From a virus: a stretch of DNA of 64,000 bases. Positions 61,321 through 64,000 of this stretch are shown here, piece by piece. The stretch is from IMG/VR virus record IMGVR_UViG_3300046453_000081, positions 45,236 through 109,235 of that record; one strand, written 5' to 3'. Every line of letters starts with the position of its first letter. Positions within the stretch are counted from its first letter, which is position 1. Under the pieces are notes generated by a model. That model did not search any database, was not told the origin of the DNA, and was given only the letters and a program-made list of their open reading frames with translations. Position numbers and translations under genes: made by a program.

Positions 61321-61539
61321 TTATAGCCCCAATTCTTTTAAAGCCATTATTACCCTAACTTTGATTCCTACTGATAAGTATTCACTACGATAGAAGGATA
61401 AAAGATGTACATCTTGATAGACATCTTTTATTGCAAATGTCTGTCTTTTAATACCGCCTTCACGTCCGTAAAAGTCGATTTTTCCGTCTTCTTTAATAAT
61501 AGCCCATGCATTTTTTGTATAAGATACTTCTCTTAACAT
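61321..61539 (-). CDS. First gene of the array, hypothetical
   Basis: TTGAAAGGGTGTT RBS variant. Confidence 0.6.
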   Translation of the reverse strand: MLREVSYTKNAWAIIKEDGKIDFYGREGGIKRQTFAIKDVYQDVHLLSFYRSEYLSVGIKVRVIMALKELGL

Positions 61540-62278
61540 AGTGTTAACACCCTTTCAATTTTGTTTTTATTATACCTCAAAAACCCTGTTATCAAGGTTT
61601 TTGAGGTATCACAAAAAGGCTTGATATTGTTATTTCCTGTCCTTTGCATCATTGACCCTATAAGGGTTAACTAGTCGCTTAAAGCGTCACAATAGAGACA
61701 AGACAATATCAAGCCCCTTGCATCTAATAACACTATTTTCATAGTGTTAAAATAGATACCCTTTTTTGAAAGGGGTTGATAAGGTGGATATAGCATACGA
61801 CTGTTACCTGTCAGGTTATTCAGGGCTATATCAGACCCCCCAATTATTTTCACCCTGAAAATCAATTCAAGGTATTCGTCCGAGTCGGAAAATATTGGGT
61901 AATAAGCGATAACCCCCTTATAAGTAGGGTAATGACTTCTTTTTAGAATTCGTGTCGCTGTCATTATGTGCGACGCTCTTACATGATATCAGCCCTATCA
62001 AGTGGGCAACAACCTAGCACCCTGACCCCCTGAATTGATTGGGGGCAGTCCTAAGGGCAAAGCCCCTAAGGGGTAACGCTATTCGGTTTGGGTGGCTAGG
62101 GCTTTAGCGTAGGACATGGGGGGTATATTGTGTCAAACATACCAAAAAATGGATTTGTCGAATACCTCAAAAAAAGGCTTTAAATCAACTTTACACTATT
62201 TCCACAGTGTTTATGTTAGTTCCTTCCAATCCGACTCGTAACACTTTCAAAAATACACAAAAAGTGTAATTTTACACA

Positions 62279-63438
62279 TCGTTCGTGTTTTGCTTATTTT
62301 TTGCTCAATTTCAAAATAATCGTTCGTGTTTTGCTGTCGTTTTTTTGGAGGTTTTCACTATATGTGCATTGTAAACAGTCATTTTTGTTCACAAGTCTGT
62401 CACAATTAGATGTTTTGTCGAATTTTGCGAAATGAAAAATCAATGATACCAAGGGTTGAAAGGCTATAAAATTTATTTTAAGATGTTTTCGACAAAATTT
62501 GTCGAATGCCATAAAATATACCCTATACCCCTATGGGCAGTATGCTTATTAAACAATATGAACATAGTGAAAAGTTGATTTGTAGGGCTAAAATAGCTCT
62601 TTTTAATTGTTCGTGTTTTGCTAATATCCTAAAATATGGGAAAAGATTGTGAATTATTCGGTTTGGGTCAGGTCAATTTTCAAGGCATAAAAAGGGCTGT
62701 CAGGCTTGATGTATCAGGCTTTTCAAGGCTTTTCAGGGGGTCATATTAACCCTTTTATTTCTATAGGGTGTAAAAAAGGGTCAGGCTGTCCGATATGGGC
62801 TATAAAGGGCTGTCATGGGCTGTCTGTCCGTTTTGCCACTATCCATAGGCTGTCAGGCTGTCAGGGGGCTATAAGGGGCTATAAAGGGCTGTCTGTCTGT
62901 AAGGGGCTAATATAGGGGCTGTCTATAGGCTGTCTGTCTGTCAGGGGTCAGGCTGTCTTGCATGGGCTAATATAGGGGCTTTTCAGGGTCAGGGGGTCAG
63001 TCTGACCCTACCCCAAGTAAGTTTACACTATGTTGATAGTATTATATAGTAGTTTGTGAATTATTCACATAAAGCCCCACAATTGCCCTGTATTGGATTG
63101 ATATATAGGGGGGTCAGTTTACTATTCGGACGAAAATAACGCCTTATTGATACTAATTATTATTTCCCTAATATCTCCTAATAATTGGGAATAATTCAGG
63201 AAATAATGTATATCTATACAAGTCTATACAATCGGAGTTAACAACATGCATATAGTGAGAAGTTGATATATCAAGGTTAAATAGGGCTAATAGTAGGTTA
63301 CTGTATACGTTAGGGGGTATATGTAGATATGCATTGTATGATGTCTGACCCTTTATTCCCCTTGCAACGGTGCGGGGTGTATCGTTCGTGTTTAGGCTGA
63401 TATTGTATGTATATATATATTATTGTTCGTGTTTTGCT
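62279..63438 (+). repeat. Dispersed direct repeat GTTCGTGTTT(TGCT), 5 copies
   Basis: Near 62281, 62322, 62608, 63384, 63425. Confidence 0.7.
62690..63000 (+). repeat. Degenerate GGGCT/GGCTGTC tandem repeat tract
   Basis: Many GGCTGTC, GGGGCT and CAGG units. Confidence 0.75.
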
Positions 63439-63594
63439 TATCATGTTAGATATCATTATCAGTTAGATAGTTTTAAATGAGAATCATAGGGAAATACGGG
63501 TTAATACTATGGGTAATGAATGTATATAGGGTTAATACTATGTGTGTAGTAGTAATGATGTGAGATGATATAACATAGGTATGTAAGATACGCT

Positions 63595-63840
63595 AACATC
63601 ATAGAAAAGTATATAACATTATATGATGATATATAACTATGTATATATTAGTATAATGATATATGATGATATGATACTTTATATGATGTATGCAAGATGA
63701 TATATAATGTAGTATGATGATATATGATGTATTATAACTATGTATGATAACGTATAACAATATATGATAACGTATAATGATATATGATAATAGAGTACCA
63801 TATATAACCATGTATGATATATTATAATGACATATGATGA
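63595..63840 (+). repeat. Low-complexity (TATATGAT)-like repeat tract
   Basis: Repeated ATATGATGA/ATATAA units. Confidence 0.75.
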
Positions 63841-64000
63841 CAGGGTAACACTTCACTGTCAGACAGTATGTTATATAAACGACACGAATATAGTATTAAC
63901 TATCTGCCCTGTCTTGTATACCCTACCCCCTATTTATGGGATATTCTGCCATGCATACCCTGGGGGGTGGGGGCGTGGGGGGGGGGGGGGGGTGGGGTGG

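Larger units (their letters stand above)
51278..61323 (-). repeat. Array of 24 structured intergenic leader elements (13 type A, 11 type B), each ending in the same RBS block
   Basis: Plus-strand AATCAACCCTYTCA at ~51278,51583,52148,52491,53190,53635,54005,54434,55248,55667,56069,56350,56744,57241,57522,58020,58386,58820,59136,59395,59971,60441,60816,61226, each followed by hairpins. Confidence 0.9.

Noticed and set aside
51278-61323. CRISPR array
   Set aside because: Repeats are 80-130 bp, variable, and separated by whole genes; no cas genes are visible.
51278-61323. Integron with attC cassettes
   Set aside because: TAAC...GTT ends are suggestive, but the ends do not pair into an attC hairpin, GTTRRRY is not met, and the only tyrosine-recombinase-like protein has degenerate catalytic motifs.
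1136-62915. Plus-strand ORFs other than 5681-6052
   Set aside because: They are shadows of minus-strand genes or repeats, without RBS or recognisable motifs.
61671-63856. ORFs 61671-61964, 62294-62512 and 63599-63856
   Set aside because: They fall in structured or low-complexity DNA with no convincing RBS.
63961-64000. G-quadruplex or telomere-like end
   Set aside because: A terminal G-run may be a sequencing or assembly artefact and cannot be supported from this window alone.
1-64000. tRNA or rRNA genes
   Set aside because: No cloverleaf, T-loop or rRNA-like sequence recognised.

Overview
An AT-rich 64-kb segment that reads as one arm of a large Bacillus-type (Firmicutes) temperate phage or prophage with SPbeta-like gene content. 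Nearly all genes lie on the minus strand, so transcription runs from the right-hand, probably terminal, non-coding region leftwards. The left part (1-19 kb) holds metabolic, replication and regulatory genes: radical SAM/SPASM enzyme, NadR+PnuC NAD salvage, dNMP kinase, 3D-domain protein, a Sak4-like AAA ATPase split by a group I intron carrying a LAGLIDADG endonuclease, an SSB-like protein, and a degenerate tyrosine-recombinase-fold (MrpR/YopR-like) repressor candidate with an adjacent HTH gene. The middle part (19-51 kb) holds many small accessory or anti-defence-like genes (Ocr-like, possible Gad1-like, Ser/Thr kinase, DUF262, GNAT, PcrA), where most small operons have a sigmaA promoter overlapped by a 19-bp palindromic operator (about 23 copies). 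The right part (51-61.5 kb) is an array of about 30 tiny genes, 24 of them preceded by one of two covarying stem-loop elements ending in a near-invariant ribosome-binding block (TTGA(A/G)AGGGTTGATT). The most striking observation is a separate promoter-driven candidate sRNA at about 27.4 kb whose loop is the exact antisense of that shared block, suggesting one sRNA that silences the whole early array. All functional calls come from motif recognition by eye; no database searches were run. Copy counts are manual.
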